In this document: positions 27,413-40,900 of the stretch, one piece after another
Numbering within the stretch: position 1 is the stretch's first letter
Layout: each line of letters opens with the position of its first letter
Sequence record: MK327931.1
DNA length: 64,000 bases
Source of the DNA: Escherichia phage vB_EcoM_G17
Direction: 5' to 3' (one strand)
Notes under the pieces: model-generated
Databases searched by the model: none
Seen by the model: only the letters and a program-made list of their open reading frames with translations
Told to the model about the DNA's origin: nothing
Translations under genes and position numbers: made by a program

Positions 27413-27901
27413 ATGAGTAAATGGGAAATTAAAAATACAGATGAGCAATTTTTTAAGGAAATTAAAGAATTTGAAGGAACTATTGCTTATCAGAAAAAAC
27501 TTGGTTATTTTAAAAATGATAAGTTTTGGGTATATAAAGACAGCTTAGGTCTTGATACAATTGGCTATGGTCACCTAGTTTTACCTGGTGAAAATTTCAA
27601 GAATGGTTTAACAGAAGCACAAGCTGACCAACTTCTTCTTAAAGATGCTCAAACTGCGTACAATGATGCAAAATCAATTTATGAACAATTTGGTATGACC
27701 GCACCTATACAGGTTCAACGTGTATTATGGTTGATGGTATTCCAGATGGGCAAAACCAAAGTTTTAAAATTTAAAAAAGCAATGACCGCATTAGGTAAGG
27801 CTGATTATAAAACTGCTGGTAAGGAATTGCGTGATAGTACATGGTATAAACAAACCACTTCAAGAGCGGAAAAGATGGCACGTATTGTTGAATCCGTATA
27901 A
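27413..27901 (+). CDS. e: Endolysin, T4-type lysozyme (GH24)
   Basis: 162-aa ORF; EFEGTIAY...DSLGLDTIGYGHLV...LWLMVFQMGKTKV...WYKQTTSRAEKMARIVE matches T4 lysozyme catalytic Glu/Asp/Thr and core; clearly paralogous to the C-terminal domain of the upstream spike protein; GAGGA RBS. Confidence 0.85.
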   Translation: MSKWEIKNTDEQFFKEIKEFEGTIAYQKKLGYFKNDKFWVYKDSLGLDTIGYGHLVLPGENFKNGLTEAQADQLLLKDAQTAYNDAKSIYEQFGMTAPIQVQRVLWLMVFQMGKTKVLKFKKAMTALGKADYKTAGKELRDSTWYKQTTSRAEKMARIVESV

Positions 27902-27916
27902 TAAAGGAAATAGTCA

Positions 27917-28312
27917 ATGGCAGTTGTTTTTAAAGGTTTTTCTACCCCAGTAGTGGGTAGAACTGAAACATTGTATGATAGTGAATTGGTTCGCCAAGAT
28001 TTAATGAATCATTTCAATACAAAAAAAGGCGAAAGAGCATTTGATGCTGACTATGGTTTTATTGCATGGGATTTGCTGTTTGAATTGGAAGGTTATAATA
28101 CTATCAACCTTTTGGAAGCAGATGCCCGTAGAATAATTAGCTTAGATCCACGCTTAAATCTTAAGAAATTGCAAATTTCAAGAATAGAATATGGATACCA
28201 AATGAATATTGTATTACAGTACGTAGTATTGGATACATTAGAAGAACTTACTATTGTATTCGATGCAAGAAGTAATAACAGAATGGCAACATATTCAGTA
28301 TCGTCTTTATAA
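27917..28312 (+). CDS. Baseplate wedge protein gp25-like (GPW/gp25 family)
   Basis: 131-aa ORF; GERAFDADYGFIAWDLLFE parallels T4 gp25 GSRPFDPEFGCDLSDQLFE. Confidence 0.7.
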   Translation: MAVVFKGFSTPVVGRTETLYDSELVRQDLMNHFNTKKGERAFDADYGFIAWDLLFELEGYNTINLLEADARRIISLDPRLNLKKLQISRIEYGYQMNIVLQYVVLDTLEELTIVFDARSNNRMATYSVSSL

Positions 28313-28316
28313 TTAC

Positions 28317-28345
28317 AAAAGCACTCTTCGGAGTGCTTTTCTTTT
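28317..28345 (+). terminator. Rho-independent terminator after gp25-like gene
   Basis: Stem agcactc/gagtgct with UUCG tetraloop (28320-28337) followed by ttttcttttt. Confidence 0.65.
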
Positions 28346-28413
28346 TGAATAAATATTTCTATATATAATTCCCAGTACTGAACTAGTACTTTACTGATTT
28401 AAAGGAATAAATT

Positions 28414-31400
28414 ATGTCACAACAAAAAAGGCAATCAAATTTATACGCTGGTGAGGATTGGACTCAAGTATATGAAAGTTTTTATAAAATCAATCTTACA
28501 GCTTATGACTTCGATACTATCCGTCAGAGTATGATTGATTATCTACGTGCAACTTACCCAGACTCATTCAACGACTGGATCGAAAACGACCAGTTTATTT
28601 TTATTTTAGATACGATTTCTATGCTAGGGCAGAACTTGGCATTTCGTATGGATTTGAACACACGTGAAAACTTTTTAGATACTGCAACTCGTCGTGCATC
28701 AGTACTAAAACTAGCTAAAATGATTTCTTACTCACCACGCCGCTCATATCCAGGTCGTGCAGTTGCTAAATTAACCGAAATTAAAACAAACCAAGATGTT
28801 CGTAATAGTTTTAATGAATCATTAAAAGATAAAATCATTCGTTGGAATGACCCGATGGATGCTAACTGGTATGAAAACTTCATTCTAGTAATGAACAGTT
28901 CATTTGTCAGTACTAACCAATTTGGTAATCCAGTCAAGCGTATTGATGTTAATGGTGTCTCTCGTCAACTATATCGAATGAACACCATCCCAATGACAGC
29001 ACCCAGTATTCCATTTATTGCAACTGTCAATGGTGAATCTATGACATTTGAAGTAGTGAATCCTGATATTACGTCTGTTGGTGTTGAAGAACGACATCCA
29101 GAACCACAAGAGCAAAAATATATTGTTTATCAAAATGATGGTAATGGATTTAGTTCACCAAATACTGGTTTTTTTGTATATTTCGTACAAGGTACATTGA
29201 CATATCAAGATTATCAATATGCTATCCGTGAAGAGAACCGTATACAAGATATTAACGTTGATAATATCAACGAAACTGATGTATGGGTTCAAGAAATAAA
29301 TGAAGATGGTATTGTTCGTACCAAATGGACAAAAGTTCCATCAATGGAAAGTATTGCATATAACACTGTTAATCGTCAATTAAAAACAATTTTTGCTGTT
29401 ACTACTCGTGATAAAGATCAAATAACAATTAAGTATCCAGACTCAAGAAGTGGTGTTGTTCCCCGTGGGACGTTCCGCGTATGGTATCGTGTTAGTAATG
29501 GTAAAACATATAACATTAAAACTTCTGAAATTCAAAACAAAAGCGTAAAATATACATATCGTACAAAAACACAGTCAAGTTATGAATCTAGTACATTGGA
29601 TATACGTTTTTCATTACAATATGAGTCCGACCGTGCACAAAGTGCAGAGACTATTGAGCAGATTAAAGCACGTGCACCACAAATGTACTATACACAAAAC
29701 CGTTTTGTCAATGGTGAAGATTATAATATTGCACCACTTAGTTTAGGCAATACTGTACTTAAATCTAAAGCTATTAATAGAATTTATAGTGGACAATCAA
29801 GATTTATTGATATTAATGATCCTACTGGTAAGTATCAAAATACCGATGTTTTTAGTGATGATGGTGCATTATATCAAGAAAACACACAATTTAATAGATC
29901 ATTATTGCTACCAACTACAAAAACAAATGCTAGTATTGTTATTGACAATATTCAACCATTGATTGGTGAAAATGCGGTAATACAACGTTACCAAGCGTTT
30001 CCATCAAATACAATTGGTATTGAAATACAACAAGCATGGACTCCGGTATACAATTCAAATTATACAACTAACACATATGGTAGAATTTTGGGTTCATCTG
30101 GTACAGTTTATGGTTCATATCAGGTTGGTACTCTAATTAAATTTTCTAATTCTGGAACTACTATATGGGCTAGTGTAGTTAGTGTATTGGATAATGGATT
30201 TTATGTACTGAGTACATCGGTTCCAAGTGGAATGCAAGCCATAGAGTACATTTTACCATATAGAACTAGATTTAACTCGGTTGAAGTTCAAGCAATTTCT
30301 GCTATGCTAGATAAAAAAACTGATTTTGTTATTGTACATGACAAAGAAACGACATCATGGGTTCCTATTGAAGTAAGTACCAATGATGATACTATTGTAT
30401 ATAATGGTAATGAAGTTTTAATTATAATTAATGTAAAATATACAGCAGAAACTTGGGAATTTGATGCTAACGGTATTGAATATATTTTTGTGGGTGGAGA
30501 AAAAGTAAGATTTTACTTTGTATCATCTAAAAAAATTACTGATATTAGTACTGGTACAGTTCAAAGTGATAAGATTGAAATTTTATCATCTAACACTACT
30601 AGTAGTAGTAATTCAGGATTGACAAGTAATATAGATTTTCAAATTTATGACACAATTCAACAAGAGAATGGCTATCTAGATGGTTCTCGTGTTATTGTTA
30701 CATCTAGGAAAGTAGATAGTAATGGTATACCATTGGAACCAAACCAATTTAAAGAAATTGTTCCTACTTGGACTGGAACCGATGCATTAAAATATGGTGG
30801 TATTTTGGTATTTCAGGAAAATAGTGATTTCACTATATCAGTACTGTCGTTACCAAATGATACCTTCACACTTCTTGATTCATCGTGGTCTTATACAATG
30901 GAACAAGCCTTGGCAGAGCCGAATGCATATAAAAGAACTGAATTTGTTAGAAATAACGCAATTCGTTCAACCACATTGAGTGGATTATATAGTAAAGGTT
31001 CTGGATTTTTAGTTGGTTTTAACTATGATGGTAAATATTATTTTATTGAACAAACAGTTGGTAACAACAATGATCGTTTAGGACAGCTAATTAGTAATTT
31101 AACTTATTCCGATGATACTGGCACTGTTAGTCCTGAATTGGCTTTTTATCGTGCAATTAATAACATGGGAACTAATGCTGACGAGAATCAGAAGCTAGAT
31201 TATTATGGATACAAAGATGTTACTTCACAGTACACTGTTAAAACTAATGCACGTACTAGTATAGACTTCCATTGGAAACACTATGCACCTGACGACAATC
31301 GCATTGATCCTAGTAGAACAAACTTAATTGATATGTATGTATTAACCAATTCATATAAAACTGAAGTTGACGTTTGGTTGAAAAATAATGCTGTTGGTAG

Positions 31401-31875
31401 TATTCCTAAACCACCTACATCGGTTGAATTGAAAGATATGTTCAAAGATGTTGAACAAAAAATAGTCATTAGTGATAGTATTATTTGGCATAGTGCTGAG
31501 TACTTACCTTTATTTGGCAACAGTGCTGCTGAAGATTACAAAGCTGATTTTAAAGTAGTGAAATTACCAAACAGCACAATGAGTGACGATGAAATTCGTC
31601 AAAATGTTATAGCATTAACTAATGAATACTTCAATGTTGACAACTGGGATTTCGGTGAAAGTTTCTATTATACTGATTTGTGTACTTACATACACTCACA
31701 GTTAGGTAGACATATTAGTACCATTGTTATAGTTGCACAAAATCCAAATTCAAAATTTGGCTCTCTATTTGAAATCCCTTCACGTTCAGACCAAATATTT
31801 TTGAGTACTGCATCTGTTGAAAATGTTCAAATTGTTAACTCACTAGCTAAAAGTAATATTAATATCGGTTCTTAA
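28414..31875 (+). CDS. Baseplate wedge protein gp6-like (baseplate J family), extended
   Basis: 1153-aa ORF; the N-terminal region (DFDTIRQSMIDYL...ILDTISMLGQNLAFRMDLNTRENFLDTATRRASVLKLAKMISYSPRRSYP) follows the gp6 / baseplate J N-terminal pattern; AAGGAA RBS. Confidence 0.7.
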   Translation: MSQQKRQSNLYAGEDWTQVYESFYKINLTAYDFDTIRQSMIDYLRATYPDSFNDWIENDQFIFILDTISMLGQNLAFRMDLNTRENFLDTATRRASVLKLAKMISYSPRRSYPGRAVAKLTEIKTNQDVRNSFNESLKDKIIRWNDPMDANWYENFILVMNSSFVSTNQFGNPVKRIDVNGVSRQLYRMNTIPMTAPSIPFIATVNGESMTFEVVNPDITSVGVEERHPEPQEQKYIVYQNDGNGFSSPNTGFFVYFVQGTLTYQDYQYAIREENRIQDINVDNINETDVWVQEINEDGIVRTKWTKVPSMESIAYNTVNRQLKTIFAVTTRDKDQITIKYPDSRSGVVPRGTFRVWYRVSNGKTYNIKTSEIQNKSVKYTYRTKTQSSYESSTLDIRFSLQYESDRAQSAETIEQIKARAPQMYYTQNRFVNGEDYNIAPLSLGNTVLKSKAINRIYSGQSRFIDINDPTGKYQNTDVFSDDGALYQENTQFNRSLLLPTTKTNASIVIDNIQPLIGENAVIQRYQAFPSNTIGIEIQQAWTPVYNSNYTTNTYGRILGSSGTVYGSYQVGTLIKFSNSGTTIWASVVSVLDNGFYVLSTSVPSGMQAIEYILPYRTRFNSVEVQAISAMLDKKTDFVIVHDKETTSWVPIEVSTNDDTIVYNGNEVLIIINVKYTAETWEFDANGIEYIFVGGEKVRFYFVSSKKITDISTGTVQSDKIEILSSNTTSSSNSGLTSNIDFQIYDTIQQENGYLDGSRVIVTSRKVDSNGIPLEPNQFKEIVPTWTGTDALKYGGILVFQENSDFTISVLSLPNDTFTLLDSSWSYTMEQALAEPNAYKRTEFVRNNAIRSTTLSGLYSKGSGFLVGFNYDGKYYFIEQTVGNNNDRLGQLISNLTYSDDTGTVSPELAFYRAINNMGTNADENQKLDYYGYKDVTSQYTVKTNARTSIDFHWKHYAPDDNRIDPSRTNLIDMYVLTNSYKTEVDVWLKNNAVGSIPKPPTSVELKDMFKDVEQKIVISDSIIWHSAEYLPLFGNSAAEDYKADFKVVKLPNSTMSDDEIRQNVIALTNEYFNVDNWDFGESFYYTDLCTYIHSQLGRHISTIVIVAQNPNSKFGSLFEIPSRSDQIFLSTASVENVQIVNSLAKSNINIGS

Positions 31876-31881
31876 TATAAC

Positions 31882-31906
31882 GGGCGTTCTTCGGAACGCC
31901 TTTTTT
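31882..31906 (+). terminator. Rho-independent terminator after gp6-like gene
   Basis: Stem ggcgttc/gaacgcc with UUCG loop (31883-31900) followed by tttttt. Confidence 0.65.
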
Positions 31907-31924
31907 ATATCATAAATAAATCAA

Positions 31925-34900
31925 ATGAATGAACGAATTATATGGAGTCCAAAAATGACTAATAATTTTAAGTTTCAACCTACACAGATGGCTGAAGCAG
32001 TACAGAAGAAGCTTTTTATTAAAAGATTGCCTGAGTGGATGCAAGGCTTAGAAGATATTCAAAAAGTCAGTGATGATGTTATTCAACAATGGTTTAATCC
32101 GGCTGAAAACGAATTAGTTGACGGCTATATTGGTGATATGGGTTCTCCTGCCGCTGCTGGTAATATCTTCTTACATGAAAGTACTGTAGCACGTCAACTT
32201 TATCAGTTGTCCACTGCTTACGTCTCAAAAAATGATGATTCGACAATTCGTTCAATTCAATTTTATGATGATCTAGTTGGATACATGAATCATTATGGAG
32301 CACTAACCGATAATGAAAGCCGTTTGTTCAACGGTAAGTTTTATGCATGGACTCCAGCTATTAACCCAAATAAAATGAACAATTTTAGCTCATATCTTTG
32401 GGATACTAAAAACTCTTATAATATTACTTCACCTGATTACATTGTAATGGAACGTGGAGCACTTAATGGTAATACATGGTCACTACAAAACTTTTGGTAT
32501 ACTTTAGGTGAAACATTAGAAGATGGCTCAATATTAACTGAAGAATTAATGCAAGATTCACGTTTTATTCGTGCACGTGCACCAATTATTGAATATAATA
32601 AAAATATTGAGCTAATTAACTACGGTACAAAATTCCGTGGAACTGTTGATCTGTTCTCTGATATTATTAAACCTGAAGATATCGTTCAAAAAGATATTAA
32701 TAGTGGTATACGTATTGATGGTATTATTCCGCAAGATGGAATGCGTATTCTATTCACCAGTATTGGTAACAATGGTGAAAACAATAGAATTTATAATGTA
32801 TATGTGAAAAAAATGCAAGATGGTACTCGTGTTTATGGTTTAGCACTAGATCCAGAAGAAGAAACCGAATCACGCCCAAGTGGTGAACCTCAAGATGGTG
32901 ATGTTGTTCTAATCACTAAAGGTAATGAGTATGGTAATAGTTCTATGTACTGGAATGGATCTTTGTGGGTTCGTGCACAATCAAAAACTAGTGTTAACGT
33001 ATTCCCTAAATTCCAACTTTATGATCGTAATGGTATCAAACTTGACAACAGTACTACATATCCATCAAGTAACTTTAAAGGTTCAGAGTTGTTTGGTTTT
33101 AAAATAAATTACAACTATGCAACTGATAGTGTATATGGATATAACATTGAACTTGGTGATTATAATTATTACATTTATGAAAACTTTTTACAATCCCAAC
33201 GTTATACCTATGACCATCTTGGAAAAGAAGTTGAAATTGATGGTTTATACTATTATAACATTATTGATGAAAATAATGAAATGAATCTTCAAACCGATTG
33301 GGTTCGTTCAGAAGAGTACTCTAAACAATTTGTAAAACAAACTCCACAAGTCCAACGTACTGATATGTATCGTGTATTCAGTACTGTTTATGATATGGAA
33401 GTTTTTAAAGAACCAGTTGATGGTATGTATGCATATGTTATTGAAGTTGATAGAACATATCAGTACTATAAAGCTGACCGTGAAACTTATCTAGATTGGC
33501 ATCCAATTACTGGTGATGGTGTTCAGATTGTAAAATATGACCATACATTCGAATTGGCACAAAAAGTTTTAGATAATGATTCTGATATTATTGAAGTTGT
33601 GGTTGATGGTGTTGATGTGTCCAAATATACCAAAAATGTTTCAAAAGGTCAAGTACAAAGCATCACTCTAGATAGTACTGTAGAATTGGATGAAGATTCT
33701 GTTATTCAAATTAGAACTTATAGCAGTACTGTAACTCCTAATAAAGAATTAGGTGCATATGAAGTTCCAATCAACCTACAAAATAACCCATATAATTCTA
33801 ATATTATATACATTAACCAAGGTGACTACACTTTACATTTTCAGGATATTATTCAAAAGAACATTACACGTGGTTCTTCTGATGATTTCAATGACTATGA
33901 AGAACGTTTGGCTAAAGGATTGGTTAATAATGGCGTAGGTACTAAAATTATCCAAAATGAAGCATCTATGCTTCCATTGATGGCACATACTGCAAATGAA
34001 GATATTGATTTGTTTGAAGCAACTATGTTTATGCAATCTGAATATTTTAGATTCATTAATAAATTTAATACACAAATGCTTCGTATGTATGATGAAAATC
34101 CATCAGACTTTTTACAAAATAGTGCTGCAAACATTGTTGATGCAATTTTAACTACTATTAATATGGGACGTGATAGTTCATTCCCATTCTATTATGATAA
34201 TGTTGGAAGTACTTCTGGATTCATTCGTGCATTTATACCACCAACACCACAGTTCTTAGGTATTCTTCAAGCATATGTACCAGAAAAAGCGACATTCCTC
34301 ACTGCTGGTAGTAAACCAAGCTGTTATAACATCAGTCATACTGGTATTATTTCCAAAGCATACCGTGTTATCAATGGTGTTGATAAAATGGATGATGTTG
34401 TATATGAATTAGAAAATAGAATTTTTAATAGTATTGATAATAAATTCAAAGATGTTGATTACGTACCAGTATTGAATAGTGATGACCTTTTCCCTACACC
34501 ATATTTCACTAAAACTGAATATAGTGCTGAAGAGAAACAAACATTATTACTACGTGGATACATTAACTTCACCGCAACTAATGGTATCAGTAATAGTACA
34601 CATGATTATGATCCTAACAATTGGAGAACTTGGAACTATACTGGCACTTATTATGTAGTTAATGGTCAAAGTACTGAAATTCCTGCACGTGGTTCATGGC
34701 GTGCCATTTACACTGACCAATATGGTACATATCGCCCAGCTACCCATCCGTGGGAAATGTTTGGCTTTACACAACGTCCAACTTGGTGGAACCAAGAATA
34801 CGAACCAACGGCTGTTCAAGTTGGTGAACGTGATAGTGATGTTGTATATGTATATGAAGCACTTGTTATGAATGAGCAAGGTGATTTAGTTCCTAGTGGT

Positions 34901-37900
34901 CTTTGGGATATTGACGGAACTATTGGAGATAGCAGTACTGGAACTATTTTATTTGGTGATCGTCGTGGTCAATATGACAAATATAAAAGATTTGGTGTAC
35001 AGCCATTCAAAATTACAAAAACTGGAAATAAAACATCTTCTGGTATTGATATTTGTGTGGTTGAATATATTGCACCTGAAATTTTAGGTTTAGTGTCTGG
35101 ATCTTTAAATCATAGAGCAGAACCTTGGACATATGGTGATATGGGTGACATGGAATTTACATACATGAACACTACATTGTTTGCATATGACCAAATGATG
35201 CTTTTGTATAAAGCTAAACCAGCACAATTTGCTAACTATTTCTGGGATACCCGCAACGATAACTTAAAAGAAGTATTCACTGATGGTTCACAATTCCTTT
35301 ATGGTGATACACGTAAGCGTATTAATTTTGATAAAAATACAGTAGTTCATGGTGAAAATAGCACAAGAACAATTGGTTATCAAATGTTTGTAAGTGACCA
35401 TTTGATGTATCAAAATAAAAATATTACCACCAAGTATGGGGATGTAGTTCGTTCTTCTTATATAAATGTTGGTCATAAAATTGGAGGATTTACTAAAGCA
35501 GATCAGCTAACATTCAATGCTAAATCTTTCGGTCTTATTTCACAAGAAAACCAAACCATTGGTCTTGTTCGTTCTAATAATATCCGTGATGAGCAAATGA
35601 GTGCGATCAAAATTACTTGGAATGGTAGTGCATATCAGATTGATGGATATGATCTAGTTGGTGCTAAATTTAAATATAAACTTCCAGTAAAAAATGGTAG
35701 AAAAGTAACTCTTAAATTGGAAAACCGTAATGTTGTTCATTATAATGAATGGAAGTCTGAAGCTTCAATTGAATATGGTAAAGTTTTCAATAGTTACCAA
35801 GAAGTTTATACTTTTATTTGTGGATATGGTGAATATCTTAAAGAACATGGTTGGATTTTTGAAGATGTAAATGATAGTGGTGCTCAACAAGATTGGAACA
35901 CTATTGCTAAAGATTTCGTGATCTGGAGTCAGAATTCTCTAGTAACTGGTGAATTTATTTCTTGTACCCCAAGTGCTGCAAACGCTAAATTTGGGGCAGA
36001 CTTTGGTTCAGTACAATCTATTACGCAAAATAATGGTGGTGTATGGTCATTACTTGATGATAATAACCAAGGTATTCGCCAATATGAAATTGAAACTTCT
36101 CGTATTGGAAATATCTTCACTGTTAGAACTTTAGAATCTAATAAACGCATTGCATTGATTCGTTTAAGTTTGTGTTCATATGAACATGCTGTTATTTTTG
36201 ATGATAAAACTATTTTTGGTGATTACATTTATCAGCCAACATATGGTTCTATTCAAGAACTAATTAAAATGTATGGATATATTACTGGTTCATGGACTGG
36301 TCGCCTACAAGCTCCTGGATTTATTATCTTGGAAGCTGGAACACTACCATCATTTGAAAAATTAGTGTCGGATTTCCAACATTATTATGATAGTGAAACT
36401 CCAGTAAGTGATGTACAATTACAAGAGTTGTCAAACCATTTGATTGGTTATCAATCTCGTGATTATCTACAGCGTATGATTAGTAGTGATGTTAGTCGTG
36501 TTGATTTCTATAAAGGATTCATTCACGATAAAGGTACTAACCAAGTTTTAGAACGTGTACTTCGTGTTTCTAAATCATATGACACTGATGAATATAAAGC
36601 ATTACAAGAATGGGCATTTAAAATTGGTACATATGGTAATATTGATGGTAAGAAAAACCTTCAATTTAAACTAATCAATGACCAATTTAAACAACAACCT
36701 CAAATGGTTTCTTTTGATGTAAATGCAACTTCAAATGGTAATGGTAATCATATTGTATACTTCGGTGAGCAAGGTAAAGATCCTCGTTGGATTACACGTC
36801 CAAATGGTAAGTTCTCATTCCCAATGCGTAGTGGAAGAAGTGAAAACATCCAACTTCCAGATATTGGTCCAGTAACATTGGATGAAGTATCGTACACAAC
36901 AAAAGATTTCAGTACTGCATATAATGACCGCATAACTTATACTAATGGTAAAGGTGAAAATCCTGAATCTGTGTGGATGTTTAAAGACGGTAATGGTTTG
37001 TGGAACATTTTTGAATTGGTTGATACTAATGTACAAATGGTTTCTATAACACCTATTGAAAATACCGATGTGTATGCTGAACAATTTTGTAAAGTAACTT
37101 TAACTGATAATGTACCACTTGAAGATGGTGATTATTATTATTTTGTTGATGAAACTAACTTTATGCCAGATACTTTAACAGTAGAAAGTCAATATTATAC
37201 TGCTGGTTCTGATCCTAAAGTTATGGTAGTTCCATTTGACACTTCTATTGATATTGAATTTACTGATCCAGATACACGTCCACGTTTGTATCGTTATGTA
37301 TCACGTTTTGCCAGTACTGATGATCGTCAAGCTTACATTGACAAGAAATATAGTTTTAAAGCACCACAAAGTACTTTATTTGATCGTCCAACGACATATG
37401 ATGAACGTACTAACATTACTGAGCTATATCTAAACGTTTATGACCCAATTAATGGTGTTATTCCAGGTGCGGCTATGCAAAACGTAACATATACTTCACC
37501 AGTTGATCCTGCACAGTATAATAGTAATGGAGAGTTAATCCAGGCTTGGGGTGCTGATAAAGTTGGTCAAGTATGGTGGAACACTAGCACTGCATTTTAT
37601 TTGGATTATACTCGTGCAATTTATGACGCAGACGGTAATGTTGATATTGATGCAACCAATGAATACAAACGTTACAACTGGGGCCGTTTGTTACCACATA
37701 GTACCATTGATGTGTTAGAGTGGGTTTGTTCACCAGTTGAGCCATATAACTGGGACAAATACTGTAAAGATGTTGCTAAGAAAAACAAAAATAATACTAT
37801 GTATCTACCAAGTGGAACTGCACTTGAAGATAATTATAGTACATTTTTGGAATATGATAGTTCAACTGATAGTTATGTAACAAAATACTATTTCTGGGTA

Positions 37901-40900
37901 CGTGATACAATTTATGTACCACCACTACATACCAGAACGAAATCATGTACTGACATTGCTCGTATTATTAAAGATCCAACACAGCTAAACATTCCTTGGT
38001 TCGCTCCAATAAATGAAAACTCGTTTATTCTTAGTAATATGCAATTTAAAGTGAATGATGATACCAGTATTTTAACTGTTTCTTATTACATGGATAGTAC
38101 TGAAGTTGTTAAACATGACCAGTATCAACTATGTAAAGAAGGTGACAGCTATAACTTTAACCCACTAATTTGGGATTCAATGTGGAACTCACTAATTGGT
38201 CAAGAAACAACTGAATCAGGTTCTGTGATTAATTTATTATATCCAGATGTTGATAACGGTTTAGGATCAAACAAAACTTGGTTCCAAAATGTTATAGAAG
38301 CTCGTAGAAACTTTGTAGAAAGTGCTAATAATTATTATAGGTCACAAAACATAACCACTAATAGTGTTGTTATGGAAGATGTGTTTAATGTTAAAACCAC
38401 TGAAGTTAACCCTAATGAAGTTTCTTTCCGTGTGTTGTCTTACAATAATGAATTAGTTATTGCAGTTGAAAGTGATAAATTTAAAGAAAATGACGCTGTT
38501 ATTTTAAGTACTAGTGGATATCTACCAAATCCATTAACTTCTAGTGCTGTTTATTTTATTCACTTCGACGAAAATGGATATATTCAGTTAATGAATAGTC
38601 CAGCAAACGCGGGTAGTGTTGTTACTATAACGTTAGAAAACAAAGGTGAGGGACAACATAAAATGATTAAACAATCTGATTATGTTGAATCACTAGGAAC
38701 CTCATTAGACATGACTCAGTACTGGTCATATGCTGATTGGTATGATGTTGGATATGATAGTAACACGACTTATACTCAAGAGTCAAGCTTAGAAGATGCT
38801 AATACTAAAAACTACCAAGTTGGCGATATTATCAGAGTTACCGATAGTGAAAACATTTGGACATTGTATATTAAATCACAATCACGCGATTCAATTTATT
38901 GGAAAGCGATTGGTCGTGAAAACAGTACAGTTGAACTCAATGATATGCTTTACGCAGATTATAGTGTTCATAATGATAATGGTTCACTAAGCAATCGTGA
39001 AATCAACGTTCGTAAAGCACTAGCTTTACTCAAAAATTCTTTCGATTTACATCAAAGCGAAATTGTTTTTGATATGGTCAAATATGTACATGTTGAACAA
39101 AGTGTTGTGGATTGGGTATTTAAAACATCATATATCTATATTGTTGGTTTGGAACAATCATTAGTTCAAAACTATTCAAACGATAATTTGATTAATCAAA
39201 TTGTTGAATATTTTGAAGAAGTTAAACCTTATAGAACTAAAATTCGTTCACAAATAGAGCAAAAGACATCTGATGATGATTTAATAAAAGGTCTATGTAA
39301 TGATTTAGATCCTAATGGATATATTTTCGTTGATGGTTCTTGGATCAAAACTGAAAAAGATATTTGGGATTATGAGTACGCTCAATTTAATGAAATTACC
39401 CAAAAATGGGAACAGGTAGGTTCACTACCAAGTGATTTCGTTACACCAAATAGAAGATTCCAAGAAATTGATATTATTATGCATTATGATAATATTCAGT
39501 GTAAACCAAATGAAGATTTGGCAAGCATAAATGAATTAGTAAGTGTTAATAACAAATATCAATCCAATGAAAAGGATGCTGTTAGTAACTATGAATTACA
39601 ACGTTATATATATTCTTTCCCAGAATATAGTGAAGAAACTTTCGATCTTCTTATTGCTTATCAAATGCAAATCTACTATCCAGAATTGGATGTAACACTA
39701 GGAACAGCATATGGCGTTAACCAGTGGTATAAAGACCATGCGGAAGATTTAGAAGCAACTGATGAATTCACTGCTACATTGGAACGTGTTTATAAAGAAT
39801 CAACGCATAACGATATGTTTACTGACCTTAGACAATATGTTCAGTATAACACATTGGCAAACCGTTTGAAACTTTATAAAGATATAAGTGATGAGAAAAT
39901 TCACGATGAAGTTGGATGTGGATTTAGTGGACTTACTTATAATGACAATCCTAGTACTAGACTTCCATTAGGCTTTTCTTCTAGTAATGATTATAACTAT
40001 GGATATTTTGAAATAAGCAGTGAATTGTATCAAAAATACATTTCATTAATTAAAGATAAAAATCCTGACGCATCAGACTATGAAGTAAAAGTTAAACTTG
40101 AAGTTGAGTATGGTGTATATGTTTATCGTTATGATGAAGTAGGTGGTGATACCCGTTTCTATACTGATGCTATTCACGTATTAGCAGGTATGAGAGGGTT
40201 ATTCGACAAAGACGCTACTGATAAGTACGAAAAAGCTGAAGAGATTCTTAGTAAGACCCCAATTGATATCTATGCAATTACAATGATTCCACGAAAATAT
40301 GTTTACTTAAATGTTAACGGTGTATATCAAAGTATACCTGATGAACAAAGTATTGATGATTTCATGGAAGATTATTTTATCACAAATGGTGAAATGGTTG
40401 AACTAGCTGAAATAAATCTTGATGATTTACCACTAGATCAAAATAATCCAATGTATTCTGATTATCAATATATACTTGATAGTATTACTGAAGCTAAGTA
40501 CTTCAATGATATGAATGCATTTGATAACCTAGCATTGGAATCTCAAACTTCTTCAATAAAATGGGAAGTTAAAGATGATGAAGTTGATCCTTATATTGTG
40601 GATATATCTGACATAAACCCTTCTGGGCGTGATGTAGGTCAAATTAGATTTACAGTTGATGGATATGGGTTTGACAATGTATCTCTTGTACAATTACGTG
40701 ATAACAGCAGATATCAAACTGAAGGTATGGCAATTATCAATCCATATAAACATACAGAAGCAATTGTAAGTATTCCTTCATATGCTAAGATTGAAAATGA
40801 TATTAATAAAACAACATCGAAGTTTGATGAAAAATATTTCTATCGTGTGAGATCTATTAATAGCTTAACTGAAGCAGAAATAGTTGACAATGACCTATCT